The translations under genes and the position numbers were made by a program. Shown piece after piece: positions 48,280 to 59,090 of a stretch of DNA of 64,000 nucleotides. The stretch lies in the NCBI GenBank assembly GCA_040767085.1, contig JAXGPF010000004.1, positions 313,918 through 377,917 of the forward strand, given 5' to 3'. The notes under the pieces are model-generated. The model did not search any database, was not told where the DNA came from, and saw only the letters and a list, made by a program, of their open reading frames with translations. The stretch is from Kiritimatiellia bacterium. Its GTDB lineage: Bacteria; Verrucomicrobiota; Kiritimatiellia; JAAZAB01. Numbering within the stretch: the stretch's first letter is position 1; each line of letters opens with the position of its first letter.

Positions 48280-48357
48280 CCGAATTCAAAACACTACGAC
48301 GGAGAGGAAGCAAAGCAAAATCGGGTTGCAGGCATACGCCCGCATGAGGAAGGAACA

Positions 48358-49518
48358 ATGAAAACAAGGGAACTACATGTGCCGGATCGTTATGCCATCG
48401 CCATCACCTCCATGGCCCGCGTCGGGCGCAAAATTTACCTCGGGCTGACCGCCGGCGCGCGGTCGCTGGCGATTTATGACATTGACCGCGGCGAAATCAG
48501 CATGGAACCGGAGATTTTCCCCTGGGTGGCCGGGCGGGGGTACTGCGCGAAAATCCACAACGCCATGGGCGCCTTGGATGACGGCACGTTGCTATTGGGC
48601 GAAGGCAACCATTTTACCTGGGACGGCATCCCGGTGACGGTGAACTATTTCAACACGGAACTCCCGGAAAGCATGCTGGCTCGCAAGCGCGCGCAGGGCT
48701 GGCCCGACGTCAAATACACCGATTTCTGCCGTGAAAACCTGGTCGGCTGGGACCGGTCCGTTACCGACCCGGGCGGAAAAATCCTGCGTTACAACCCCGC
48801 CGCTCAAAAAACGGAACTGATCGGCGAACTGCCAAAATTCCTGTATGCCCAATCCATGGTAGTGGATGCCAAACGGCAGCGCGCTTTCGGGCATACCCTG
48901 CCGGACAATCATTTTTTTTACGTGGATGTCCGCCAAAAAACAATCCGTAATTTCGGCCATATTTCCGATTTCGCCCATCACAACCTGGTGGTCACCCCGG
49001 CGGGCATATGCTATGGCGGCTGGATTGACCGGGCCAACGGCGCTTTAAAACTCTTGAAATTCGATCCGGGAAAACAGCGTCTGGAGTACCTGGACAAGGT
49101 GATTTTGCGCGATCCAGGCGCCAAGGTGGCCGGCAACCAGGGCATTGACTCCTGGATCGTCACCCGCTCGGGCGACATTTACATGGGGACGGTGGCCAAT
49201 TCCCTGCTGTTCCGGTTCGATCCGGCCGCGGAAGAATTTGAGCTGATCGGCCAACTGGCCAAGGGCGGCCGCATCACTTCCATGGACGAGGATGAAGACG
49301 GCATCATCTGGGTTGGCGCGGATTATCCCCACATGCGGCTGATCCGGTTCGACCCGCGCTCCGGCGGCAAGGATCGGATCACGGATTGCGGCCGGGTAAA
49401 CGACACTTATCCCCGCTGCTATTTCCACGCATCCTGCTGTTTTGAAGGGAAATTGTACCTGGGCGAAACTGACTGCTTTTCACCCTCGCTGCACATTGTG
49501 GATTTGGATCAAATGTGA
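48358..49518 (+). CDS. Hypothetical beta-propeller protein
   Basis: Repeated blade-like motifs (KIYLG, LRYNP, LKFDP, DIYMG, FRFDP, IIWVG, KLYLG). GAGGAAGG RBS. Confidence 0.7.
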   Translation: MKTRELHVPDRYAIAITSMARVGRKIYLGLTAGARSLAIYDIDRGEISMEPEIFPWVAGRGYCAKIHNAMGALDDGTLLLGEGNHFTWDGIPVTVNYFNTELPESMLARKRAQGWPDVKYTDFCRENLVGWDRSVTDPGGKILRYNPAAQKTELIGELPKFLYAQSMVVDAKRQRAFGHTLPDNHFFYVDVRQKTIRNFGHISDFAHHNLVVTPAGICYGGWIDRANGALKLLKFDPGKQRLEYLDKVILRDPGAKVAGNQGIDSWIVTRSGDIYMGTVANSLLFRFDPAAEEFELIGQLAKGGRITSMDEDEDGIIWVGADYPHMRLIRFDPRSGGKDRITDCGRVNDTYPRCYFHASCCFEGKLYLGETDCFSPSLHIVDLDQM

Positions 49519-49529
49519 CAGGTAAAGGC

Positions 49530-52337
49530 ATGCAATCAGGCACAAGCTGTTTTTTTGATCGTCCGGTGGTTCCAGCGGCGGGAGCGCCGATCTCGATCCG
49601 GCCATTTTCCGCCTCAGCCGGAGATGCATCGGCGCCGGTATATTGGCTGGCGCGCCGGGTGTTCAAACTGCCCGCGCAGCCGTCCGCCGCCGCGCTGACG
49701 ATCGCGGCCGACCGCCATTACGAAGTCTTCCTGAATCATACGCGGGTGGCAACCTGCCGCAATTATTTCAGCGGCGACCGTTACCTCTGGCTCCAGCGCC
49801 ATGCCGGCGCGGATTTGCCGGCCGCGGCGGCCGCCGGCGATAACGTCATCGAAATCCTGGTGCGGTCCGACCCCCAGGCGCATAAGAACCATGTCCCGTT
49901 CCATCCCATGATCTGGTGCCATCTGCGGCTGGAGACGCCCGCCGGGCCGGTTGACATTGCCACCGGCGCCGATTGGGAAGTCGCCTTGGCGCCCGGATGG
50001 CGCACCTTGCGCGCCTACCAGTTAACCATTGCTTACGAAACCTTGACCATCCCGCCGGCCGGCCGGCGCGGCGTACGGGGTATCCCCGCCGACCTGCAAT
50101 ACCAGCCGCCGGCATTGCTGGATTCGCGCCAACTGCCGCCGATTTATGAGTGGACCGACACGCCAAAACGCATTGATGTCCACCGCCCCGCCGCCGCGAC
50201 CGCAACCGGCGCCTGGACCGGCGCCGCCGAAAGTATTTGTTTCAACCTGCATGACTTGTTCACGGCTGGCGTCCCCGGGGCCGCCGGCGTGGTTTTGCGC
50301 ACAGAGTTCAACGCGCCGCGCGCACAGGATATCTGGATCGCAATTTCGGGATTCAGCGACTGCGCCGTTGCGCTGAACCAGGATCAAATCTGCGCGCGCA
50401 ACAACCTGCCGGGGCCGGACTTGATGCGCCAGAAGAATTTCCTGGCGCCGCCCTGCCGCTGCCGCGTCCGGCCAGGTTCGAACGAACTCGCCGTGCGGTT
50501 CGGCGACGATCACCGGCGGTTCATGGCATGGCAGTCGCGCCTGGCGCAGCAACCGCTGGCGGCGGGGTTGTGGTTCCGGATGCAAATCCAGGGGATCCCC
50601 TCGGCGGCATGGCGCTGGCAGGATGGCGCCGGCCGCGCTGTCGCACCCGTCGCCTGCCAGGGCAACCTGGAAGACATCCTGGGCGCCAAGGCCGCCCGCA
50701 TGCCGCTGGAATCCTTCCACGCCGGATCTACGCCGGCCAGCTTTGCCCTCCGCGGCCTGCGCGCCGGCGAGAAGCAATTTGTGCTGCTGGATTTCAGCGG
50801 CATCAAAAAAGGCAAGCTCTCTTTCATAATCCAGGCCGACTCGCCTGGCCGGGTTTACCTCGCTTATGGTTTCCTCGCCGAACAGGGTTCGGTAGATTGC
50901 GGACGCAACGGCAAAAAGGCCGTGGATATCATCGAAGTCCCCGCCGGGAATTCGGAATACGAGGCCTTCGAAGATCGGACTTTTGTTTACCTGGACATGG
51001 CGTTTGAAAATTTCTCCGGCACGCTGGCCATCGCCGATATCGCCCTCGCCGAACGCGTCTTTCTCGATGACCGCCGGGCGCATTGCCACTCGCCCGACCC
51101 GATGCTGCCAGCCGCCTGGAAGGCGTCGCTCCGCACGGCGCAAATCTGCTGCGATGAAATTTACATGGACAACTCCGAGCGCGAGCATGCCCAGTGGCTT
51201 TGCAGCGCGCCGCCCAACATCGCCGCCGGCTATTACGCCTTCGGCGGTGAAATGCGCAAGGCGGCCAAAGTCCTGCTCGAATACGCCCGGCACCAGCGGC
51301 CCAACGGGGAAATCCAGGGGTATGCCCCGGGCCATTGGGGGAACCGGCCAGGTTATCAATGCCACATGGGCCTGTATGTCCGGGCGGTCTGGCGCGACTA
51401 CCACTACCGGGGCGACACCGGGCTCCTGCGGCGCCTGATGCCGCACCTGCACCGCCTGCTGGCCTTCTGGGAAACACACCGCAACCCGCAGGGCTTGCTG
51501 GAAAACATCGAGACGGTCTGGATTGACTGGGGCCAGCACATTTATTCCTACGCGCCCGGCGGCATCTCCGGCGCCAAAGGCGCCGGCGGTGTCTTGACGG
51601 CCATGAACGCCTATTACCTCGGCGCATTGCGCATGTGCGCCGAACTGGCCCGCGCGCTGGGGGAAGACCGGCCGGCGGAACGCTACGCCGCCATGGCGGA
51701 GGAAACGGCTGCCGCCATGGTGCGGCTGTTGTTTGACCGCGATAAAATACTTTTCCGCGACGGACTCAACAACCCGACCGCCGAAAAGAATTATTCCCAG
51801 GCGGCCACGGCCGCGGCGGCGCTTTACGGCGCGCTGCCGCCCGCCGAGCGCCAGGCGGCTCTGCGCGCCGCCTTCGAAACCGCGCGCCCCTGGTTGGAAA
51901 TCATTCCCGCCAGCCCGCACTTCGGACTGTTGGCGGGCGAAGCCTTGTTTGAAGCCGGACTGGACGGCCTGGCCTACGCCTGGATCGGCCGGCATGCGCC
52001 GATGTGGCAGGCCCCATCCGGCACAATCTGGGAAACCTGGTCGCCGCATGTCTCGCATTGCCAGGGCATCGGCTCGGCCATCGCCTACCACCTCGCGCGC
52101 TACCATGCGGGCATTTATCCCGCCAAGCCCGGCTTCGCCGCCATCGGCATCCGCCCGCAGGCCTGCGGCCAGGCCTGGCTGCGGATGCAATTGCATACGC
52201 CATGGGGCGCGGTCGGCGCGGCCTGGGAACGGACCGACCGCGGATTTAATTACGAGTTGACCCTGCCGCCGGCGCTGCAAAACCGGCCGCTGGAAATTGA
52301 TCCATCGGTAAATTTAACTATCGCGCACCAGCGCTAA
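49530..52337 (+). CDS. Alpha-L-rhamnosidase-like glycoside hydrolase (GH78-like)
   Basis: IAADRHYEVFLN, LLDF, YMDNSEREHAQW, WIDW, GTIWETW, SHCQG, IRPQ, TPWG. Confidence 0.78.
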   Translation: MQSGTSCFFDRPVVPAAGAPISIRPFSASAGDASAPVYWLARRVFKLPAQPSAAALTIAADRHYEVFLNHTRVATCRNYFSGDRYLWLQRHAGADLPAAAAAGDNVIEILVRSDPQAHKNHVPFHPMIWCHLRLETPAGPVDIATGADWEVALAPGWRTLRAYQLTIAYETLTIPPAGRRGVRGIPADLQYQPPALLDSRQLPPIYEWTDTPKRIDVHRPAAATATGAWTGAAESICFNLHDLFTAGVPGAAGVVLRTEFNAPRAQDIWIAISGFSDCAVALNQDQICARNNLPGPDLMRQKNFLAPPCRCRVRPGSNELAVRFGDDHRRFMAWQSRLAQQPLAAGLWFRMQIQGIPSAAWRWQDGAGRAVAPVACQGNLEDILGAKAARMPLESFHAGSTPASFALRGLRAGEKQFVLLDFSGIKKGKLSFIIQADSPGRVYLAYGFLAEQGSVDCGRNGKKAVDIIEVPAGNSEYEAFEDRTFVYLDMAFENFSGTLAIADIALAERVFLDDRRAHCHSPDPMLPAAWKASLRTAQICCDEIYMDNSEREHAQWLCSAPPNIAAGYYAFGGEMRKAAKVLLEYARHQRPNGEIQGYAPGHWGNRPGYQCHMGLYVRAVWRDYHYRGDTGLLRRLMPHLHRLLAFWETHRNPQGLLENIETVWIDWGQHIYSYAPGGISGAKGAGGVLTAMNAYYLGALRMCAELARALGEDRPAERYAAMAEETAAAMVRLLFDRDKILFRDGLNNPTAEKNYSQAATAAAALYGALPPAERQAALRAAFETARPWLEIIPASPHFGLLAGEALFEAGLDGLAYAWIGRHAPMWQAPSGTIWETWSPHVSHCQGIGSAIAYHLARYHAGIYPAKPGFAAIGIRPQACGQAWLRMQLHTPWGAVGAAWERTDRGFNYELTLPPALQNRPLEIDPSVNLTIAHQR

Positions 52338-52356
52338 CCAATCCAAGGGAAACGCA

Positions 52357-54312
52357 ATGCAAGCCAAATTATTCGCCATCCCCCAGGTGCTGAACATGGG
52401 GTTTCATTACACCCTGCAATTCAGCCGGCGCACCCGCGTGAACGTCATCGGCCTGGTTGACCAGAGCACCGATGAATGGGCGGAGTGGTATTTAAAAGTC
52501 CACGAGCCGGCCGCCTTGCGCGAAATGGCCGACGCCGGCTATACCCTAATCGAAATCCATTTCCTTTACGGCTTCGGGTTGGAAGGCGAGCGCGAGGAAT
52601 GGGAGCGCGCACGCGACATGACCCGCCACGCCCATGCCGCCGGCCTCAAGGTGCAGGGATATTTCCAGTTTTTCTCCGTGCAGCAGGAGTTGTTTTTCCT
52701 GGAAAACCCATGGGCCAGAGACTGCATCCAGGTCAACGCCGAAGGCAAGCGCATCCAGTTCCGTTACGATCGCCCTGCCTTGTGCTTTACCGACGAACGC
52801 GTGCGCCGGTATTACATGGACGGGATTGAGCTTGGTTTAAAAACCTGCGATCTGGACGGCATCCGGCTGGACAACGACTATATTAAGGGCTGTTACTGCA
52901 AGAAATGCCAGGATGCATTCCGCGGCTGGCTGCGTGAAAAATTCCCGGTGCCGGCCGCCGCCCGCCGCGTGTTCGGCCTGTCCACCACCGACGGCATGGA
53001 TCTGGCGCCGATCCCCATGCCGCGCGATCCGCTCTGGCACGCTACCGTGCTCTTCCGCCAGGAACAGCGCCAGAAGATGATGCGCCAGATCTCCGAAAAA
53101 ATCCGCGCCATCAAACCCGACGCCATCCTCGGCGGCAACCCGGGCTGCAACCGGCGGTTTGACGACGCCTACCGCATCCACATTTACACGCCCGACCTGG
53201 CCGAGACGCATCACCTGGTCTGCGCGGAAAACATACGCTACCCGGCGCGCACCGGCGGCACTATCCGGCATCAAGCCCTGCTCTACAAGCATGGCCAGGC
53301 CGGCAATTTCGCCGTCTTCGCCAGCCACCACCTGCACAATGCGCAAGGCCGCATCCGCTGGCCGGACACGCTGGAAGAATGCGCGCTCTCGCTGTGCGAG
53401 GCGCTGGCGTTCGGCGGCCACCCCGTCTGCACCACCTGGGGCATCCGCATGGACGCCGGCGGCAAGATACTCTACCAGCGCCCGCTGTTCCGCAAGGCGC
53501 TGGACCCCGTTGCGGCATTCTTGAAGGAACACGGGGCAATTTACCGCGGCGCACAATGCGACGCTTCCATCGGCATTTACCAGAACCGGGAAAGCCTTTG
53601 CGGCGATTCGCCCAATAGCTGGCTTTCGCTGCAAGGCGCCGTCCAAATCCTGCTGCAACGCCAGATTCCGTTCCGGCTGGTTGACCGCGATACGGACGAA
53701 TTGCTGAACGGCATAAAATTGCTGGTCGTGCCGGACATGCAATTGATCAGCGAAGCGCAGATGGCCCGGCTGCGGAAATTCGCCGACGCCGGCGGCAAGC
53801 TGCTCTGGACGGGCCAGGCCGGCCGGTTTGACGACTGGCGGCTGAAACGCGATACCAGCCGGCTGGAATCCTGGCTCGGTCATGCCAACATCGCGCAGCT
53901 GCCGCATGCGCCGGAAAAAATATCCCGCGCCGACGAACATGGCAACGACCGGCAATTCGCCGGTGAGGGCGGCAGCGCCTGGTACATGGATTTACCCATG
54001 CCGCCGAGCGAGCAGGAATTCACCGCTATGGTCAAACAACTGGCCCCGGCGCCCGCGGTCACGGTCAGCGGCTCGCCTTTTGTCACTCTCGACACTTTTG
54101 CCAATGGAAATGGCGAACATTTTGCCCATCTGCTGAATTACGACAATGCCAACCCGTGTGATTTGACGGTTGGGATTGCCGGCGCCGGCAAGATCGAATG
54201 TTTCATGCCGGCGGGACTGGGAACGCGGAGCGCCCCATCCATCCGCACAACCGATGCAAGCACCGCCATTATGCTGAAGGGATTGCACACCTACTGCGTT
54301 ATTAAATATTGA
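52357..54312 (+). CDS. Putative glycoside hydrolase (TIM barrel plus GH42-type trimerisation domain)
   Basis: DGIRLDN, CYCKKCQDAFRGWL, LLVVPD...FADAGGKLLWTG, HLLNYD. Confidence 0.7.
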   Translation: MQAKLFAIPQVLNMGFHYTLQFSRRTRVNVIGLVDQSTDEWAEWYLKVHEPAALREMADAGYTLIEIHFLYGFGLEGEREEWERARDMTRHAHAAGLKVQGYFQFFSVQQELFFLENPWARDCIQVNAEGKRIQFRYDRPALCFTDERVRRYYMDGIELGLKTCDLDGIRLDNDYIKGCYCKKCQDAFRGWLREKFPVPAAARRVFGLSTTDGMDLAPIPMPRDPLWHATVLFRQEQRQKMMRQISEKIRAIKPDAILGGNPGCNRRFDDAYRIHIYTPDLAETHHLVCAENIRYPARTGGTIRHQALLYKHGQAGNFAVFASHHLHNAQGRIRWPDTLEECALSLCEALAFGGHPVCTTWGIRMDAGGKILYQRPLFRKALDPVAAFLKEHGAIYRGAQCDASIGIYQNRESLCGDSPNSWLSLQGAVQILLQRQIPFRLVDRDTDELLNGIKLLVVPDMQLISEAQMARLRKFADAGGKLLWTGQAGRFDDWRLKRDTSRLESWLGHANIAQLPHAPEKISRADEHGNDRQFAGEGGSAWYMDLPMPPSEQEFTAMVKQLAPAPAVTVSGSPFVTLDTFANGNGEHFAHLLNYDNANPCDLTVGIAGAGKIECFMPAGLGTRSAPSIRTTDASTAIMLKGLHTYCVIKY

Positions 54313-54459
54313 TTACGCCGGCTCCGTTCATATTCACAGTGAAGCGATGTAAGCGCCCGTGCCAGATGCAACCATGCCAGTGGAAATGGCCTCGTGGCGG
54401 GAACGGGAGAACATAAATATGTCTTCCAAATTCAACAGAAGCAACTACAAGAGCGCGCA

Positions 54460-55494
54460 ATGACAGATTATCAATCGATTCTCGAAGGCAATCCGCCGGA
54501 AAAATTATACTGGATTCCGACCCTGAAGACGGACAAACCCAGGGCATCTGCGCCGGTCCAGACGCCGCGCCGGCCATTCGCCAGCCGCAACGATCCGTGG
54601 CTTGCCACCGACTACCATGGCATCATATTTACCCACACCCAGGAAAACAACACGGACATATTCCGGTGGGAAACGCCGCGCGGCGCCATCATCGGGCGCC
54701 GCGAGCATAATCATATGGTTGAATATCCGCTGAAAACGACGGCTGATATTCCGCTCTGGCAATATATCCGCGAAAACACCATCTACCGGCCGGCGCCGGA
54801 TTTTTCCGCAACTCAACTGCAGCCATCACGGATGATGTCGTTTAAATGGTCGCCGGTGCAAGAGCTGTTGCAGTTCGGCGCCGGCATCGAGAATTTCTAT
54901 TATTTCATGGCCGACGCGCCGGAAGCGATGATCGCGCTGATGGATACCATGCACCGCAAAAACCTGGAAGCGCTGGATATCGGCTTCCAAACATGCCGTA
55001 CGGCAACGGTAATCCAGTTTAACGAAAACACCTCCTCCACCCTGATCTCGCCGTCATTCTACCGCGAACACAGCCTGCCGCATGTTCGCGATTACGCCAG
55101 CCTGGCCCACCGGCACGGCAAGCGGATCATTGTCCATATGTGCGGTCTGCTCAAAGCCCTGCTCGATTGTTTTCCGGCAACAGGCATGGACGGCATTCAC
55201 GCGGTCACCCCGCCGCCCATCGGCGATACGCATTATACGACCATCCGCGAACTATACGGCGATAAATTTGTCATTATCGGACGATTAAACGCCCAACTCT
55301 GGCTGGGAAAGCCGCGCGGGGAAATCTTGAATATGCTCCGGAACATGATTCCGGAGTCGCTTGTGCATACCCCGTTTTCGCTTTGGATCACTTCGGATGA
55401 AATGCCGGTGTCGCGGACGGATATCATCAACCTCAAGCATGCGCTGCATGCATACAACAACGATACATTAAAGGAGCCGGATGCAATCACATAA
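54460..55494 (+). CDS. Uroporphyrinogen decarboxylase-like (UroD/MtaA superfamily) protein
   Basis: ETPRG, EYPLKT, ENTSSTLISP, HMCG, TPPPIGD. Confidence 0.78.
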   Translation: MTDYQSILEGNPPEKLYWIPTLKTDKPRASAPVQTPRRPFASRNDPWLATDYHGIIFTHTQENNTDIFRWETPRGAIIGRREHNHMVEYPLKTTADIPLWQYIRENTIYRPAPDFSATQLQPSRMMSFKWSPVQELLQFGAGIENFYYFMADAPEAMIALMDTMHRKNLEALDIGFQTCRTATVIQFNENTSSTLISPSFYREHSLPHVRDYASLAHRHGKRIIVHMCGLLKALLDCFPATGMDGIHAVTPPPIGDTHYTTIRELYGDKFVIIGRLNAQLWLGKPRGEILNMLRNMIPESLVHTPFSLWITSDEMPVSRTDIINLKHALHAYNNDTLKEPDAIT

Positions 55495-56551
55495 ATCACC
55501 AACCAAAACTGCAGGCGCCCAGGAACGCGGCAACCTTACCCGCGAAATCAAGAAACTCGCCAAATCACTCGGCGCCGACCTGGTCGGCATCGCCTCGATG
55601 GACCGGTTTGACGGCGCCCCGGCCCAGATGGACCCGCGCTACATCATGCCGGAGGCAAAGTCCTGCATCGTGGTCGGGTTCCGCGTCCTGCGCGGCTCGC
55701 TGCGCGGGATTGAGGAAGGCACGTTTTTCAGCAATTATTCCTCCATGGGCTATGGCGGTATAACCTATATCTTCATGCCGACCGCCGTGGTCAACCTGGC
55801 GCGCTACATTGAGGACATGGGTTACGAGGCGTTCCCGATGGGGCACCAGAGCGACTGGCGCGCGATTGACAATGAAGGCCGGCTGCGCGCGGGCTTCAGC
55901 AAGCCGGTGGAACCGGGCAAGCCGGCGCCGGACATCATGGTGCACCTGCGCCTGGCGGCCTTCGCCGCCGGCCTGGGCGAAATCGGCTGGAGCAAAATGC
56001 TGATCACGCCCGAATTCGGCCCGGCCCTGCGCGTCGGCCTGGTATTGACCGAACTCGAACTCGACCCCGACCCGATCTACAACGGCCCCCAACTTTGCAA
56101 CAAATGCCTGGCCTGCGTCCGCGCCTGCCCCGGGCACGCCATCAGCGCCACCAGGAGCGTCAAAGTGACCGTGGCCGGCCATGAAATCGAATGGGGGGAG
56201 ATTGACCTGGATGCCTGCGATGTCGCCTTCCGCGGCGCGGAGGAAATTCAAGACAGCGATGCCAAGGGCCATTACATCAAGGGCAGCGACCGGTTCCGCC
56301 CGAACCACATTTCACCGTTTTATCAGGCGCCGCCGAAAGTTTACAATGCCGGCAAGGCGATTTGCGGCGCCGGCGGCTGCACCCGCGCCTGCATCGCCAG
56401 CTTGGAAGCCCGGGATGTGCTGACGCGTAAGTTCAAGCAGAAATTCCGCCGGCGCAAACCCTGGAAAATGGATTGGTCGCATTATGACCAGGAAATCGCG
56501 CAATTGCCCAAAGGCACCATCGGCATTAACACCCGGCTGGATACGGATTGA
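55481..56551 (+). CDS. QueG/reductive-dehalogenase-like 4Fe-4S protein
   Basis: IKKLAKSLGADLVGIA, AAGLGEIG, TPEFGP, CNKCLACVRACP and a second Cys cluster (C...ICGAGGCTRAC). Confidence 0.8.
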   Translation: MQSHKSPTKTAGAQERGNLTREIKKLAKSLGADLVGIASMDRFDGAPAQMDPRYIMPEAKSCIVVGFRVLRGSLRGIEEGTFFSNYSSMGYGGITYIFMPTAVVNLARYIEDMGYEAFPMGHQSDWRAIDNEGRLRAGFSKPVEPGKPAPDIMVHLRLAAFAAGLGEIGWSKMLITPEFGPALRVGLVLTELELDPDPIYNGPQLCNKCLACVRACPGHAISATRSVKVTVAGHEIEWGEIDLDACDVAFRGAEEIQDSDAKGHYIKGSDRFRPNHISPFYQAPPKVYNAGKAICGAGGCTRACIASLEARDVLTRKFKQKFRRRKPWKMDWSHYDQEIAQLPKGTIGINTRLDTD

Positions 56552-56643
56552 ATAGAGGAAAGGGCAAAGGCACATAGGAACAAATGAGCAGAGCTGGAAA
56601 TATTATCCGCGAAAGAGCACAATGATCGCAAAGAGATTGAATG

Positions 56644-57003
56644 CCGGAAACCGGATATATCTTACCAAGCCACAAAGAAGATGCGGATTTTCACCACGGA
56701 GCCGGATGAGCAGAGGGAGGGATTAGCCACCCGCCTTCGCTCAAGCTACGGCGGGCACACACATGTATAGGAAAGAGCATGGATGTAATCGAATTGCGTG
56801 GCATATTGACTGGTATGCCGCGCTGTCCGCTATGCGGACAGTGATCGGCGGACATTCTGATACACGAATTGATTCGCGTATCAGCATGTCTGCCGATCCG
56901 TCAGACCGGCAGATGCCGGTCAGGCGCGGCAATTCTGAATGAACTTAAATTTTGTGCATCTTTGTGGCTTCGTGACTTCGTGTGAGAATATTCCGTTTTC
57001 CGG
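56644..57003. repeat. Intergenic element with long imperfect inverted ends and an internal GTA/GAA hairpin (56730-56756)
   Basis: 56644-56684 pairs with 56956-57003, including an exact aagccacaaaga/tctttgtggctt; internal cccgcc-ttc-gctcaagc-tac-ggcggg. Confidence 0.55.
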
Positions 57004-57060
57004 ACTCACTCCGCTCCGTGTCCTCCAGCGTAGCGGGTGGTATGATAAAACAAAAAAACT

Positions 57061-59076
57061 ATGAACCCAAAACTGAAAAAACATTTCGGCTCGAAGCCCA
57101 TCGTGTGGGCGCCCGCCTGGGGCATCTCCAAGCTGCGGAAACGCGGCGGGCAATATGCCGGCTCGATCAACGGCGCGGCTACCTGGTATGACGACTGGTA
57201 CGCGCGCGTGATGTCGGCGGAAACCGCCGCCAAGCTGGCGGGGCTGGGCGTCAACCTGGTGATCCTGCCGTTTTCGCTGGGCGGCAGCGCGCGGATGGAA
57301 CAAACGGAACATGACGATTTCGAGCGCATGACCGGACACCTGCACCAGTATGGCATTGTCTCCCTGCCCTACCTGCAATACCAGAACATCCTGCAGGAAG
57401 ATTTGATCTTCGACGATACCGTCTGGGGGGTCAAGCTTGACGGCAGCCGCAAGCAATTCGCATACTGGCGGCGTACGGCCTGTCAGTCATCTCCGGCCTT
57501 CCGGGAGTATTTCAAGGGATTGATTGCCGCGGCGCTGCGGCGCGGCGCCGACGGCATCTGGATTGACAATACCCACCATGTGCCCTGCCGGTGCGGCTTG
57601 TGCCTCCAAAGTTTCAAGCAATGGCTGGCCGCCCATCGGCCCGGATTGCCGGCCGAACTCCGCCTGGAAAATTTCGACCGGATTGAAATGCCGCCGCTGG
57701 CCGGCGGAACCGATCCCATCGCCCAGGCGCTGCTGGATTTCAATTGCCGGCGGAATCTGGACATCCTGGCCGAGTTCAAGCATCACATGCTGGCCATCAA
57801 TCCCGACGCGCTGTTCGCCTCCAATCCCGGCATCGGCCGCGGCAGCAGCAATTACGATCGCGGCATTGACTTGCAGCCCTTCCTGCAATTGCACGATTTG
57901 ATGTACCTGGAAAACAAATTTTTCCCGAGTGTCGCCGCCGGCCAGACTACCGGCAACTTCCACGGCTTCATCGAATGCGAGGCTGCCGGCAGCATGGGCA
58001 TTCCCGGGGCGTGGCAGCGCCATGATTTCGACGATACCGCGGCGAAAACCGCCACCGGCATGCCGGAAACGGAGCCGGACATCCGGCGGGTGATTTTCGA
58101 GGCCGCCGCCTGCGGCGGCGCGCCCGGCATGCTCTGGGCCATCCGCACCCGCCCGGAGCACATGTGCGAAAAACCGGAAGATTTTTTGACCATGTATTTT
58201 GAGCATCCGGTGATTTACCGGGGCATGAAAAACGCCCTCGATTTCGTGCGCTCACTGCCGGTCTTAGGCGACTCCCGCAACATTGCCAATATCGCCGTGC
58301 TGCATCACCGCGCCAGCCTGGCCTTGGATGCCAAAGCCGCCTGGCCGGCAATGCATGTCATGGAGGAATTGTTGCATACCGCGGGCCTGCCCTACCAGGT
58401 CCTGTATTCCGAGGAATTCGCACCAAAAGCCGCTTTATACAAAGTTATCATTCTGCCCGGCGTCAGCGTCCTGGGAGATGCCGAGGCCGGCGCCATAAAA
58501 TGTTTCGTTGAAAATGGCGGCCGGCTGCTGGCGTTAGGCGATTGCGGACTTTATGACGAACGCCGGCGTGAACGGCCGGATTTCATTCTCCGGGATTTGC
58601 TGGGCGTCAGCCGGTTCAAGCGCGGCAATGTTTTTACCCGCGCCGCCTGCGGCGCGGGCCGCAGCGCCGCCCTGCCCCTGGCCGGCGCATCGGACAAAAC
58701 GATCAACCACATCATGCAGGCCGAACCCAAAAATTATTTGCCGGCCTGGCATTGCCGCCGCGGTGAGATCGTCCAGGTTCTCGCGGAACTGCTGGGCGCC
58801 GACCGACAAATCCGGATGATTGATCCGGAGCAGATCGCCGTGACGCTACGCCGGACGGAGTCCGGCTCCAACGCGGTTCATTTCCTGGCCTACACGCCTC
58901 CGACCGGCGGGACAATCCTGAAGGTGCAAGTTCAGGCCGGGCTGGCGCGCGCCAAACAACCTATGTGGCATACGCCGGAAGGCGGGGCGCAGCCGGTGGA
59001 GCCCGGCGCCGGCACGGCCGGGTACAATGCATACCGCCTGCCCGGATTCATGGATTACGGCGTGTTGACAATTTAG
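57061..59076 (+). CDS. Putative glycoside hydrolase, paralog of 52357-54312
   Basis: GADGIWIDN, CRCGLCLQSFKQWL, IILPG...FVENGGRLLALG...YDE, HFLAY. Confidence 0.7.
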   Translation: MNPKLKKHFGSKPIVWAPAWGISKLRKRGGQYAGSINGAATWYDDWYARVMSAETAAKLAGLGVNLVILPFSLGGSARMEQTEHDDFERMTGHLHQYGIVSLPYLQYQNILQEDLIFDDTVWGVKLDGSRKQFAYWRRTACQSSPAFREYFKGLIAAALRRGADGIWIDNTHHVPCRCGLCLQSFKQWLAAHRPGLPAELRLENFDRIEMPPLAGGTDPIAQALLDFNCRRNLDILAEFKHHMLAINPDALFASNPGIGRGSSNYDRGIDLQPFLQLHDLMYLENKFFPSVAAGQTTGNFHGFIECEAAGSMGIPGAWQRHDFDDTAAKTATGMPETEPDIRRVIFEAAACGGAPGMLWAIRTRPEHMCEKPEDFLTMYFEHPVIYRGMKNALDFVRSLPVLGDSRNIANIAVLHHRASLALDAKAAWPAMHVMEELLHTAGLPYQVLYSEEFAPKAALYKVIILPGVSVLGDAEAGAIKCFVENGGRLLALGDCGLYDERRRERPDFILRDLLGVSRFKRGNVFTRAACGAGRSAALPLAGASDKTINHIMQAEPKNYLPAWHCRRGEIVQVLAELLGADRQIRMIDPEQIAVTLRRTESGSNAVHFLAYTPPTGGTILKVQVQAGLARAKQPMWHTPEGGAQPVEPGAGTAGYNAYRLPGFMDYGVLTI

Positions 59077-59090
59077 CATCAGGAGGCAGG

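Noticed and set aside
47912-48367. 151-aa minus-strand ORF, or an RNase P/tmRNA-type RNA in this gap
   Set aside because: No convincing protein motif, and the ORF crosses the palindromic element. The conserved RNase P and tmRNA signature sequences were not found.
50022-52280. 752-aa minus-strand ORF and similar long antisense ORFs (e.g. 6064-7377, 52837-53955)
   Set aside because: These are shadow frames of GC-rich genes with recognisable products on the other strand, and have no motifs of their own.
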